DNA of 64,000 nt from Ramazzottius varieornatus (lineage: Eukaryota; Animalia; Tardigrada). The DNA is taken from the NCBI GenBank assembly GCA_001949185.1, contig BDGG01000001.1, forward strand, positions 9,182,464-9,246,463, in the 5' to 3' direction. Positions 1 through 13,600 of this stretch are shown piece by piece. The notes beneath the pieces were generated by a model. It searched no databases. It had not been told where the DNA came from and worked only from the letters and a program-made list of their open reading frames with translations. The translations under genes were made by a program, and so were the position numbers. Each line of letters opens with the position of its first letter. Position 1 is the first letter of the stretch.

Positions 1-1590
1 AAGAGCTCCAACATGCTATAAAATGAACCACTACCCTCTCCAAGGAATTAACTAGCGCCTATTGAAACCTCTCCCTTTCTGTCTGTTCCCACTATTCAAC
101 GTTAACTCGAGCTCGATAACATTGCATTGGAAATCGCTTGGTCGAAAGAAATTTCTCCCTGTTCGCAACACTTTATCTTCTAGTATTTCCAGCTCAATAT
201 CTGTACAACCCACGATTATCCACGTACAGATACAAACGTCTGATTTGCCAACGAGCTCTCTTGCTGAAATTTCCTTGAAGAAATTGCCCGCCAAATGCAG
301 TGACGTTGCCGTATGTAGATCATGGCTGGTCTTGTGTTACAATAGGGCGGGTAAAGGTCGGGGTATCAAGCGGAGCAATTGTAACACCATTTGTCTCATA
401 TTTCGACACGTTCAAGCAAATTAGTAAGTGAGATGTCACTGTGCAGGAAACACATCGACCCAACGGCTGACTGTCAGCGGAAACGCCAGCACGCCATTAC
501 TCTCACCTCGCTCTCTCCTACACGTCGCCATCTACGCACTTACAGTATCGAATGAAAGCTTCTCAGGTTCAAATACTCTAAAGAACGAGATCGTGGACTA
601 GTTTGTGTTTGCGGGCTAAATTCAGCCCGATTGACAACGCGTTGGTCTTTGTATAGATACCAGAGACTGCATGTAAGGCATAATTACAGTGAGACGAGCG
701 CGTCGCAATATCAGATAGAGCGATAAATAAACACATCTTAATCGGATCAATAACAAGCAGCTTGCAGCTGACAAATCGTCAAGTGACCGCCCGACAACCC
801 ATTCTCCTTCTGCTTGGCCGCTGTCCCTCCTTCTAACTATTCCTTCACACTCGCTAAACATGGCAGGAACCAGCCTACAGAGGTACTTGACACCGCTGCC
901 ACTGCACAAAAAGATACCTGTTTCCTCTAAGTATGCCAAGTAACCGTATCTTGTCCTGGGTGGTCAGCTCATTCCCAACAAAACAATGACGGCCAAATGG
1001 ATTACCTGTAAATCTCTCAACTGAAAGATCAATAAAAGTAATGACATTCTAGCCAGACAACAACTGATCATTTTCGGAATGACCACCAAAAAGTTATATC
1101 CATTACAGCGAAGCGATGTAATTAAGCTGACAAGCCGACAATGAAGATTTGGCCGATCCTCACGGAGGAAGACCCTCTCACCGCAAACTGTCTATCGTCA
1201 ACGCTTTATTGAGCTCTCGGTCAGGAATTGACCCACAGGCCACTGTTCAACACTGACCAACGGTCACAACACTAATTTTCACAGCGATGGGAAGCTCTGA
1301 TCAACTACGACACTGCAAGTGAATGTTTACTGTGCGTAGATGCATGCAAGATATCGTGCAACCGATGTAGATTGTCAATGACAAAATGATCGGCTATAAT
1401 TATCGGAGCATCTGTAGCTGATGGAATGATGATGTGATGGACGAACGTATCAAACCTTCCACTGCCCATTATTTAACTGAGAACTGGCGTCGATCTGCAT
1501 CCTGCAGACAGCCGCCCAAATGGACCTATTGCGACCTGCTGATGCGCAAGCAACATCGACCATCTTGTCACGGACTACTACCGTCACCAA

Positions 1591-1609
1591 TCCATCCATC
1601 CATCCATCC
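1591..1609. repeat. short (TCCA)n microsatellite
   Basis: tccatccatccatccatcc read directly. Confidence 0.6.
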
Positions 1610-3737
1610 CACACCCATCATCCTCACAACACGCAATCATTCACACGAACCATAAAGTCACAAACATTCCGCAGATCCGGCCAAAGTTCCTTAAACATAT
1701 GATGCCCCTTCCTCAGCCAAGTTCTTACCCGCTGCAACCATATATGTTATCATGTAAGTTGGACTAGCAGTAGCGCTGCATCCGAACAGGAAGCGAGACG
1801 TTCCTGATACAAAAATACAAATTGCGTTTGCGTGTTCGTCAATTAAGGAGATAAGAAAGCACGCGAGGTTCCCGCCCACCTTGCTCGAAGCTGACCCTGC
1901 CATATAGGCGTCGTTATAATAAAGAAAGGTCACTTGTCGCCTGGACGTCAACAGCAGTTCTCCTACTAGGGAGCTGTAGACTGTAAGCCGTAGGTGGTCA
2001 TGTTGTTGACAATTTGCTCGGGGGGCGATGGTGGCAGTCATCTAACAATGGACTTGCAGACGTGCCTATCGACTATCGGGCCGTAACGTAGTTTGCCTTC
2101 CAATGTTGTCTGGCCTCAATTATGGCACAAGAGAAAATCCAATTATGCAGCTAGTAATTTCCCAGCTCAAGATCACTTCAGCAACAGCACAAGTAGCCAC
2201 TCAACGCTGCCAAATATGCACATTTCCTCCAACGCTATTACTACTTCTTCGCCAACTACATTCCTCGCTGCCACACGCATATGTTGACTCATCTAATTTG
2301 TCACGATTACTGCACACTCTATAATGTCCAACATGTCAATTTCTTTTTCTGGTGGTCGCTCGGGATATTCCCATATAGTGCTCTAAAGAACATCACATGG
2401 AAATATAAGGTGAAGGTCGGTATGGAAGAATATAATATGTCTGATTCTTGTACAAAGAGAGAGCAGCTGGTGGGGATGGTTGGAATGAAGTCGAGCTTGT
2501 TGGACAGGCTATACGGTCACACCTCACTTCTTCCCTCTTCCGTCATGTTCCTGTTCCAACGAGAGAACGTGGGGTGTCTTTACCATATTTACCTGCAAGC
2601 TATGCAACGCTAGCCGTTCTGTCTCCTCATGGGCCGAACAAGGCCGAGAGTACCAGACGTATACAGCACCTCATCATATGCCCCATGCTGTTGAATATTA
2701 ATCTTGACGTCTATTGATAAATCTGGCTTAGCTGCATCCTTCACTCCGTCCCTGCAACCTAACGATACAACGATTGCAAAATTAATGCCCCTAGCCTGAC
2801 ATATTAGCTAGCGGCAACACTTGACAAAAGCCTGGCCGATCCATTCGTCATATTTGGTTATGGCCCATAACCCATATCGCGACTTCAGCACATACCCTCT
2901 AGCCGTAATTTACAATCTTCAGCATGTAAAGCTCCTATTGGTAATAGCCGAGTCCACTATACTTCATCTTTCATAAGGCTATCCGTCTCTCGCACCCGGA
3001 CAGCGCCACCTATTGCATGCAGCGAAGTGCGTCATTTGTGGTATAGCGCTGCAAAAAGACAGTGTGGTTAGAAAGTGGATCGGCTCTCTGACAAACGTCC
3101 ATCTTCTTTGAAGGCAGAAGATATGATACTTTGCGGAAATCGAACGGCTGGCACACGTAAGCAATAGTCGGGAAGCATAGTGCCATTAAAAGCTAGCGCT
3201 CATATTTATGGCTCATTGTGTTCCTGATGGATAGATCGGCGATAGAATCGCAGCGCACCGCAACGAGGCAAGAGCTTTCTACAGCTATACAGCGGATTTC
3301 TCCTTGATGTGAGCGTAGGATGGGGATATGGATGAAAAGTGAAGGAGACAATAGCTAGTTGGCTTCTCCATTTGCAAAGTCCATTTCCTGTCATTGACGC
3401 CTCCATTTCCGTTTGGCAGAGGCAAAGTAAGCATCGGATCTCGTTCCACATTTATCAAAGGCCCCAGCTTATCCCAGCTGAACTGACGCACTTCCGAGCG
3501 CCAGCCAAACAATAGCCAGTCCCGTCTGTAAGCACAGCACACTAGCACGCATCTCGACGCTGCCCTGATCATCCTCCACAGTAGCTTCCTCCTAGCTCTT
3601 ATTTTCTCAACACCGAACGGTGGTCCCTTCACGCCGTCACAGCTGGAGCTAGATGACCTCGACCCCAGCCGCTCCTGTACCCCCGACTCAAATTAAAAGT
3701 ACACCAGTTTCCATCAGACAGAAACTCGACTCATATA

Positions 3738-4829
3738 CAGTGCGGCCCCGCCAAGTTTGTGCAACTCACTTCTAGGTCTTGTGAAAAATTCAGATCAAGT
3801 TTTTCCTCCAAACCGATCTTTGAAGTCTAATCATTAGCTTACGCCGCGTCTTTCGATATGGGGTTTACTTTTGCATCGGGAACGGTCGTTTCGCAAACTC
3901 GATTTGAGCTGTTGGCGGTAACGAGAGTTCCCAACCATGTACGAATAATTTTCTACAGGTCTCCACAGTCGATCACCAGACACCAAATTGGCCGCAAATG
4001 ATAAGCAAGAGTTCAGGATGTCCGATGATGCTGAAGAGAATAATCTACTATTCAATCCCGAACGGCAACCGAACGTTTCGTCCAAAATTTTCGGGTTTAC
4101 CGGGAAACCATGATTATTTCAAAAATTTGGTTTCGGCGTAGAAATCGTGAGTGGACCTGAAACTGTGATCAGTCAGAAAGCCAGATAAGTTTGCTTGCAT
4201 CTGAACTGATTTCGAACGAAATACCTTTGGCCGAAGGACAGGAGCGATTTTTTCAAAACTGTACAAAAACTCGAAACAGTTGTCAAAACTGAAAAGTTCG
4301 ACGCAGAGAACTACTCGGGAAAACGTCTTAGGCATCCTTCCACCTAACCTATTTTCTAGTGATGACTAAGATGTTGTTATTGCAACCGTCTGCTTTACGG
4401 TAAAATGTCCCTGTACTTGCATAGGTGTCTGCGCATGGAAAACTTCCCCCTTTTTCGACTTTTGATTTTGAAAAATCAGGGCGTAGGTATGGTTAGTTCG
4501 ATTGCATCACACAACAAGATTTCTGAGAGGAGAAACACCGTACTCGAGAAAAATATTTTGGGACCACAAAACAAGTCTCGGATGGGAAACGATTCTTTTT
4601 CGCAAGGATGGGTACGGACGAATCTCGTTCCGAGCGCCTGTGGTCGATCCCTCTCCGCGGTTGACGTCGAGTTTTGGTCGAAGACTTTTCCTTTCCCAAA
4701 AACAATCTTCGGCTAAAAGATAGCTCAGGGCATGTGCTTTCACAGAATAATGCAGCGAGAAGATACGTGCTCACTGTCAGGAACCCGAATTTCTTTCAAA
4801 AGTTGCACAAACTTGGCGGGGCCGCACTG
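3738..4829. mobile_element. non-autonomous Tc1/mariner-type DNA transposon (MITE-like, 1092 bp)
   Basis: Perfect 29-bp terminal inverted repeats CAGTGCGGCCCCGCCAAGTTTGTGCAACT (3738-3766 and reverse complement 4801-4829), flanked by TA on both sides (3736-3737, 4830-4831). No recognisable transposase ORF inside. Confidence 0.88.
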
Positions 4830-7678
4830 TAGAAGAAGGCAAAATCAAATTTTAGTCATTAAGGGACACGGCATGAGGGACGAGCGGTGGTCTCATGGGC
4901 CTCGATATTCATCGACAATTGTACTTTTAATTAACCTCCATCCTAATCCGCCCCTGATCACATTTCCCAACATTCCATCCCAATCCAACAGTCCTGCACT
5001 GCTCTTTTCTCCCATCATGAACAATTCCACGAATCTGCTGTCCGTTGTAATGCGCTTATATTTTTCTCGTTAAGTACCTAAGGACATCTGCAGTATGCAC
5101 TCGGCAGACCTGTGTCATTTTCAATTACACAAATTAAAAAACAGCAAAAACAACCATATGAAGTCTTCTAGCAACTATCCCTTACGAGTCTTCCAACTGC
5201 AGGAACTTAATCAATCTTATAATATGCAGACGCGAAATTCGCATATACGGAGTGGAAGATCGCGTCAAGATCACCTGGTTAGTGATTATCAAGCCTTGGA
5301 GCTGCTCACGAAGCGAAAGTAAGATGGAGGAAGGACCTGGAAGGTAGTCATGCATGGATAGCAATCTTGCGGTTACCTGCTGATATGGACAAGGACATAA
5401 CTATAATCATATTTGGTAGAAGGAAGGGAAAGGGAGCGATGGTGGCAGGTGTCCTATCTTAAGTGTCCATCGCTAGCTGGCTCAGTGAGCCGTGGCGTTA
5501 ACGTCGCTCGGCGCTTACCGTCAGCGACGGAAGGCCACTGCCAATTATTAATGCTGATTAACAATTCCAAAAGCTGCCCTGACCACCAAAGCATGAAGCC
5601 TGGGAAAGCCAGCCACATCGACAGCGCACCTCCTTGCTTCCAACACAGCTTTCTAGCTTCCTGCAGCCGATTTGCTCGCTCGTGGAACCTTAGCGAAATA
5701 GCCTTTTCAACTGAAACCTCGAGTTCAAAGCTTCAAACGGGACAAAACACTTCTGCTCAGCCCAGCATCAGGTAGCGAGGGTTGAACTCCCTCAACAGTG
5801 AAGAGAGCGCCAGTCCAGATCTTCCAATAGACGAAACAGCGGCATCTCAAGACTGGGGCGGGTTATCAGTCGGGAGAGCCACAGCGAAAGAGTGCTGCCA
5901 TCTTGAAAGCCCTTCTTCCGAGGGGTAAAAGACTGCACGTACGCAAGCCTCCTGCTCCATCATGCTGGTTCCATCGACATTCAACACATCCTCCTCAACA
6001 AACACCAGCAACGCAGCCAGTAACGCGACATTCATGCAATCCTTACAAAGAAGATTGACACTCGGTCGTGTCTTACCTGGGCTTTGTCTTTTTGTCCTGT
6101 CGATCTTGGAAGTCCGTCTTGGATGTCGATCTTGTTGATCCCCGAGGGTCTTGCAAGCCTGAAACTTCTCTCGTCCTCGCGCACATTCCATGATGCTTGT
6201 CCATCCCTGCGCCAGCTGATCCACGCCTTGTAGCTCAGTGGTCGAAGATCCCCAACCTGAAAACAGAGAATAGATTAGGTTTTTTTGCGTGAATCCTGAA
6301 GTTAGAAGTCAGAAGTCAGAAGTCCCGAGAAGTCGAGATTCAGAGCCAGAAGTCCCAGAACTCCAGCTTCGCGGGAATTTTGAACGAATCACCTCCAAAC
6401 ATGTTATGGCTCACAAACCAGCAAAGAAACTGCCGCTGAACTTTTAGACTGACTGAAGCGCTTTGATTTGTTGATTAACCCAAATGCAACTCTCTCACCG
6501 GAAGTCAGGCAGCAACATCGCTGACCGGTGTCCAGCGTCCGTTATCTCGCAGTGAACTCCGAACTTTCCCAGTTTCGACTTCCGTTCACAAGGACGGCAG
6601 GGTCTGAATGTTTCCGAATACAGAACGCCATTTGGAATGTGCAAAAAACTTTCCGACTGACATTCGACCTTCTATCCGTTGTTAGCTCGGAATCGGTATC
6701 GCGTACGTCGATACCACTGAGACCAGATACCACATTCGAGTAAATGAGACGCTTTTCGATAGGAATTGCGTCGGTTTAATGGTCAGAGCTGAAAATCTGG
6801 ACACTTGGACAAAGATCTTGCTGTCGGATGAGTAAAGTCAAACTGAGCTTTGCTCGTTTTTGTCCGTGGATGGCGCATCATTATTACTGCTAGCTTTTGC
6901 CTGTGTACATGTTGGGTCTTTTTGTCCTGGTAAGTCTGGCCATGGTAATTTTGTGATCAAAAGAGTATTTTTCATTGAAGACTTTAATGCGCTACTTGAG
7001 AAGAATAGGACTGTCGGGCCGGGCGGTATCCCCGTACAATGACTATTTTGTGGACAAGCACCATTCATAGTCTTAATGCTAGCTAGCTGCCGTCCAATAA
7101 GTCCCTGGCTCAATTGATCCCAGAAGTTGGATGGATGCTTTTTCTGATCTAACGTTAACCGAACGGTAAATGCTTGCGTGCATCTATGCTATAGATGCCA
7201 TCCCTCGAGTCATTCAACCTTCTGAATGCACCACCATGCACATGGCAGGAACCCCATCATTTGGCCATTGTTTCATTCTGAATGGAAGTGGCGCACGCCT
7301 GCTGCGTCCTTTGCAATCGCCGTAGAAGCTTAACTTTCGGCTGGTGCCAAAGCTCGTCCTCAACGTCCATCGACCACCACCTTCTCGTACAATTACAGTT
7401 TACAACCTTCCTGAATGAATCTAGTACTGTATGTCCTAGTGTGGAGCTACAGCCAGGCTTACCACCGAGGGGAACGACACACTGTACAGGAATTGTTTCC
7501 AAATAGGCGGTTGAAGTTCGTTTGAACTTGTAAGAAAAAAAGTGCGTGTTCTCAAAACATTCTTAAGGGCTGCGTATAAATAAAAGATAAAAAGAGAGAC
7601 GGATTAAAAGATCATTTGTCAAGAGGGCAAGCTGACGTTCCTGAAAGCTATGGACAGGCAAGCGTAAAAGAATGTCGG

Positions 7679-10600
7679 TTATTTGCGTAGTCTCCACCAA
7701 GTGGAGTTGGCCCATATGTCAGACTCTTCTTGTCTGGGCGGCATTCGCTTGGGACGGGAACTGTAGTACACATGGCGACTCTGAAAGGACAACAAAGCCC
7801 AGACTGAATGTATGTTTTCTAACATGAGTAACAACTGTCGGTGGTTACCTCGGGAGCTGTCATGTCGTAATTATTACGAAGACGCTTGTGGTGAGGACGA
7901 GCGGTTGTACCTACTTCAGAGGTGGTGCTGTACGGCTTCATGACGCCCTCTTCTTCTTCCTCATCTGAATGAGACTGTCGTTGATAAGAGCTGCCGGAAC
8001 CCTGCCGCCGTTGTTCTTGCCCCTCAAAGATGCGCAGATCGTCTTGAGAGGACATGGGTCGCCGTCGGCGATTGGCTGCTGAGCCTTCACGATCTGTCTG
8101 CCCAGTGTCAACATAGACGCCCGAATCGGTATCGTGCAGTATCAACTGTGGACTTGCGTTCTTATCCTATAAGCCAACCAAATACCCCTCTTCGATACTG
8201 CCCATTAATTGTCATGTTATCTCAAGGAACATTTGGGCAGATACAAGACTTACCCGTAGGCTGTTGAGTATATTATGGTCAGAAACTGATTTGATGGACT
8301 TATTGTCAGGATCGTTTCTTGGCAGGGTTTCTTCTTTACCAGTGGGTGAAGGTAGCAGGTCTTGGTCAGGAAGACTAGACCGTCTCTCCGTCACAGTTTC
8401 ATTGAAGGTGACCATTTCCTTAGCGGAAGGCGGCGAAGAGAGGGAGATGTTGGAAGGCGGTCTTTCCAGGTCCTGAAGGCGTGTCACTTCCGCCTGCTCT
8501 TCCAGGCTGTCGCGCTTGAGCGAGGACGTTTCGGCCTCTCTTAGCGGGCTGACCGATTCTTCGGGGATGGCAAAGTCGACTGCATCGTCAACTTCCCGTT
8601 TACTAACCGACTCCTCCAGCCGTTCAAAATCCAACAGACTCTGGTTGTCCCTATCTCGCTCTCGCTCACGGACTGAATCGACCGACAAGGTTCGATGGAC
8701 AAGGACGCTTTCTTCCAGGTACTCTTGCCGCAGTATCACTTCTTCCTCAACTTGAGAGGCACTAGCTGGTCGGAGTTTTGTGCCTGTTTCCGTGAAGAAC
8801 TCGTTGATATCGTCGTCGTCGAGGTCGAGGTCGAAGCGCTCCGCCTGGCGATGAAGTGTCGCTTGGGACAAGGAGCGTTGACTGGGGGCTGGCGACTCGT
8901 GGTCCAGACTGCCGCCTTCGACAATGTTGTCTTTCAGCTCCGTCTTTTGCACCACCGTCCCATCTTCCGGGTTGACGCTGATTTCACTGCTGTTCTCTAC
9001 AATGCGGTTCATACTGTCGCGCGAGTAGAAGGCACTTCGCTTCTTCAACAAGGGCTTCCGTAGGCCGCCATTTGGCAAGAGCTGCAAAAAGCCCCCCAGT
9101 TACACAACAAGGCCAAACGGCACACAAGTTGTTTAACCCCCACTACGTCCAACATAAAATCTATCATTCTCTACGCCGATTTTAGGCAATTCTCTACAGG
9201 ACTTTCCGCTTGCATTGCAAGCAGGCTGAAACAAAGACCTTGTTGTAAAAAGAGGACTTACACGTAAGCCTGAGCCATCGCTACTTTCGCCAGAAAGATT
9301 CTGACTTCCCTTCTGCAAATATAGCAGCAAGCGTTATCACGAGGACGAAAATTGAGCAGTAAATCTATACCAACGGGAAAGTAGGGACTTACCCGGCTTA
9401 CGGTGCTGGACTCGCCGATGTCTCCGCCACTGTCGCTCTTTGGTAGGTGGAAGCTGTCCAGGGTACTAGCTCTGGAGAAGAAGGCCGAGGTATGGTCCAG
9501 CATATCGTCAATGCTATCCCTTTCTCCCATGGCACTAAACTCCCGCGCAATGTCCCGTTGCACTGCCGAAGGTAGCCGCTCTCCCTCCTCCGCCGGCAAC
9601 ATCTGCATCAAGAAGGTATTTGTGTTACGGTACCACGGTCAAACCTGGCTTTGCATGATTAATCAGTAGAGATAGATGGTGTACCAGCATATTTTGTTGG
9701 CTGGCTTCTCCATTTTCAGCCTTGTCTTCCTCTTCTTCCTCCAAGTCGGTGTTGGTGTAGAAGGCCGGCTGTTCCTCCACCATATGGTCAATGACACTAT
9801 CATGAGAGCGCCGCTTGACTTCCTTGACACTGTTCAAGGACTGCGTAGACCCATTGAGCCTCTTTAATTCCTCTTCATCGGTCGACCTCAGGCTGTGGTG
9901 ATCGTCATCGTCCTGCGACATCAAGTCGGGCGGAGTGGCCTCATCCAAGCTGGCGCCCGGGTCCACCAGCACAAAGGCCGGTTGTCGCTCCAGCTGGCTC
10001 TCCCTTCGCTGTCCATCGTTGGTAGAGATGACCAAGTCCGAGGTGGGCAGTGCTCTCGTCTTGGACAAGTCATCCTCCTTCTCGTATTCATGATCGGAGC
10101 TAGAGTGAGGGTAGAACTGCCCCGTCTGCTCCATCATGTCGTCCAGGCTGTCTCGCCCATTCAAGCCCATGCGCGAACTTCGATCCTCGGCCAGCAAAGC
10201 AGCACTGAAGCCAGCAGTCACCCTGAAGATGGGATCCTTGTCGTAGCCATTGTGTGGTAAGGTATTAATGTCTAGTTGGTCCTCGGTGACGTCCAGGCTT
10301 TCGGTTCGCGGCACGGCATCCCAATCGCGGGTCTCTGAGGAGGCTTTACGGATACCTTCACGTGCTTCCGTACGGAGGCGTTTGGCAGCATGGATGGCTG
10401 AAGAGACGGCTTTCATGGAGGTGCTGGGTGAGGAAGGGAAGGTGAAGTCGGTGCGGGCAATGTCATGTGCAGAACCGATGCTGGCGCCATCAGTGGGCAG
10501 CACTGTCACAATGCCATCAGCCGGCTTGACGTCTTCAACTTTTTGCGTCGTGACACCTTCCGCCAGACGCTCTTCTTCCAGATGTTTCTCTGTAAAGCCC

Positions 10601-13600
10601 AACAATAACTTGAAGATTCTGCGGTCTTTTTGCCAGCAGCCTATAACCATAGCTTCGCATCATCTGCGACTTGAGCATTATTTCGTTAGCACAACCGTTT
10701 GCTGGAAGTGTACTATACCAGGAAAGACTGTAGGAAAATGCCGAGATTTTGTCTATATGACAGTGGCCCCTCGCCTATCCACATGAGACCGATCTGATTT
10801 GTTATCGACATCAACGAAAACAAACACAAAACGAAACTGCAGCAATGGATTTTTGTGCATGAAACTGAAGCCAGTTTCAGCTAACCTTCTCTAGAGAGAT
10901 GGGAGTACTAGTATGCCGTACCTAGCTGGGCTGATTTTTCTCGTAAGGATTGGACGGAAGGAGTGAGGGCCCTTCTGGAGACATTGTCATCCTCCTTGGT
11001 GGTGGGCACCTCCACTTCCTCCCAGGTCTGCACTGGGGTAGTCTGCATAAGGTTGTCCTGTAATGGCGACTTGGAGGAGGATGGGCGCGCTCTTTCGATG
11101 CCCAGATTGGGTGATGGTCCCAGGTAGGGAGCGGAAGGCTGGGGTGGCTCCAGCGAGCTGCGGCCTTCCGTTGACCGTAAGACTTGATACTGGCTGGTGA
11201 CGGCTTCCGTCGTCGACAAACGCGGGCTGCGTGCTGCCGCCCGTATCAAGGCTGCTTGCGGAGCATTGTACTCACTACAGAAAATCACTTGTTCAAAACT
11301 CCTTCATTCTCCTTCATTATCATTGTCATCTTATCACCTTTCTGTGTCGTTACAGCATCGATAGCACCATGCAAAGAGGCAGATGAGGATGGCCAGCACG
11401 ACAATGCCCAATATGACCAAGGCAATGATCAAGAGGATGTCTATGGGGGAAATGAACAGTAGGGCATGGAAAGATTGATAGCACCATCGGAAAGTGGGGA
11501 AGCTTACAATAGGCTGGATGAAGACACAGAGTGGCGAAGTGATAATAATTGCTGGGACATCTACGGAAGGAAAAAGACAGAGCAACGGCTACTACAACGT
11601 CTTTTACCTATCTACAGTATCGTGCGGTGCGTAACGCACATACCCCAGTATTGTTCCATTGGCCAAGAGTGTTGTCTGGTTAGGGAATCCACAAAGTCGA
11701 CCAGGAAAGACAAGGGCCAAATCGACAAAGCCAGGTCGACAGACACAGGCAAAACTGCCGAAAGAGTTGCGGCAATCGGCGTTGACGTCACAAACAGGCG
11801 CATCCAAGTCACATTCACTAACATCTGCAGGGATACAAAAGCCACCAATCATCTACAGTGGTGAACAAGAGAGGGTCAATTCACCGTCTTCCTACCGCGA
11901 ACGTTGACCAGATAAGTGTTGGATGTATTGTTGGTATTTTCCGCTTTGACCCGCAGAGCAGGAGAGGGAAAGGAAGTGGGGGCAAGGAGGCCCTGGTTGC
12001 GGACCAGGACATCGGCCAGCGCGCGGATAAGGTCAAAGGGAAGAGTGGCTTGTGACGTGTTGGTGGAGAGGAAGGACAAGGCTACGCTAGAGACGACACT
12101 GCCGGCTGAGAAGCCCAGGGGATGACATGACCCTCCTCCATAACGATCAGCTATAGCGCTCTGCCGAATCAATTCTTCCATCTACGACAAAACAACACAA
12201 TCATGTCCAGTACTCCGTCAACTAGACTATTCGGAAGGAAAGAAGATGTCTCTTCACCTGATAGCAAACGATGACGGACAACTGTTGCGTGGAGGGATTG
12301 TTCAAGTCAGCCAGGTAGGGGCGGAACTGCAATGTCTGGTTACACAACTGATCCATGGTCACGGCCACATTGTACTGAAACGACACTACGAAATACAAAG
12401 AAGGGATAAATTAATATATCCAACAGGCTTGTTCGATAGGAAGGCCAAAGGAAAGAGCGACTTACACTCACAGCCACCGCTCATGCTATTACGCGTGGTT
12501 CCTTCTCGGCAATCGCATCGTCCAGCCGGTCTGACACACACTTCATTGAGGTCGTCGCGACAATCCTGACTGCATGCCTTGGTCCCATTACTTAGACTGG
12601 AATAGGCCCTGCGAAAGAGATCGCCGAAACAATCATAGACTTGTTCCAAGGGCTTAGCCAAGTCTTCGGGGCTTGTAGCGTTATCCAACAGTGGCGGAAG
12701 ACTCTGAAGAAGGGGTGCCGTGCCCGGCCGGAAGCGAGTGGGTGACCACAGTCTATCGGTTGGGTAGGCTGCAGGATTAATCAGCCCGTTGGGTAAGAGT
12801 GGCTCAACGGCTGGCAGTGGTGGCGGTGAGGCAACTTCCACTGCCGTATTCCCCAACACAATCGTCACCGGTGACAGTGTAGTATTCAACTGTCCGCTGT
12901 CTGTGTCGGCCCTAGCTGCTGCGCCTACGTAAGGCCTACTATTTGTGCTTGTTGCGCTATTGGTGTAAGGAGGCACTCTTGTACTTGCACCACCAAAGGA
13001 GTTAGATGCCAGTGCTGCACCGGCAGCGCCAGCCGCCACAGCAGCGCTCAAATCCGTCAGTGTATCACCAGGTCGCGGATTATCACCAGTTGACGCTGCG
13101 GAAGGGGCCGTGTTGACAGCCACCAGTAAGGTTGACAATGTGACGGAAGTGGAGTACGAGTTGGTGGTGACAAGCGGTGGCGGAGTGCTAGCTGCAAAGT
13201 AGGCAGGGCCAGTGCTTACTTGCCCGTTGTTACCAAAAAGGAAACCGCCAAAACCGCCCAGAAGGATCTGAGGTATTTGCGTCGAGAAGCGCGTGGTGGC
13301 AACTGGTAACGGATATGATGTCTGTCGAAAGGGAAGTACCGTCGTCGCTACAGAGCCACCTACCGACAGGAAAGCTTGGTCACTCTCTTGGACACTCCTA
13401 CCTGATGTGTTCATGAAGTGTCTATGCAAAGCAATAAGGCATTACCGAAAGGGCCACCGTAGCCGGAAGCAGCGTTGCCCAAAACAGCGTAGTTGTTGGT
13501 TGCACCGTTATTACGTGATGATTGAGGCTGGTTCGGCTGGAAGAGTGCAGATGCTGCTGTCTGCAGGAAGCCATTGCTGGAGCTGGTGGGTGGTAGGCGC

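Noticed and set aside
1-3700. Short ORFs in the first 3.7 kb
   Set aside because: No coding signal or homology recognisable; probably intronic or intergenic
6225-6300. tRNA-like A-box (TAGCTCAGTGGT)
   Set aside because: No cloverleaf, no proper T-arm/B-box spacing; overlaps a possible minus-strand splice acceptor
5847-7502. Short minus-strand ORFs and AGAAGTC heptamer repeats near 6304-6354
   Set aside because: Could not build a coherent spliced gene or recognise any domain
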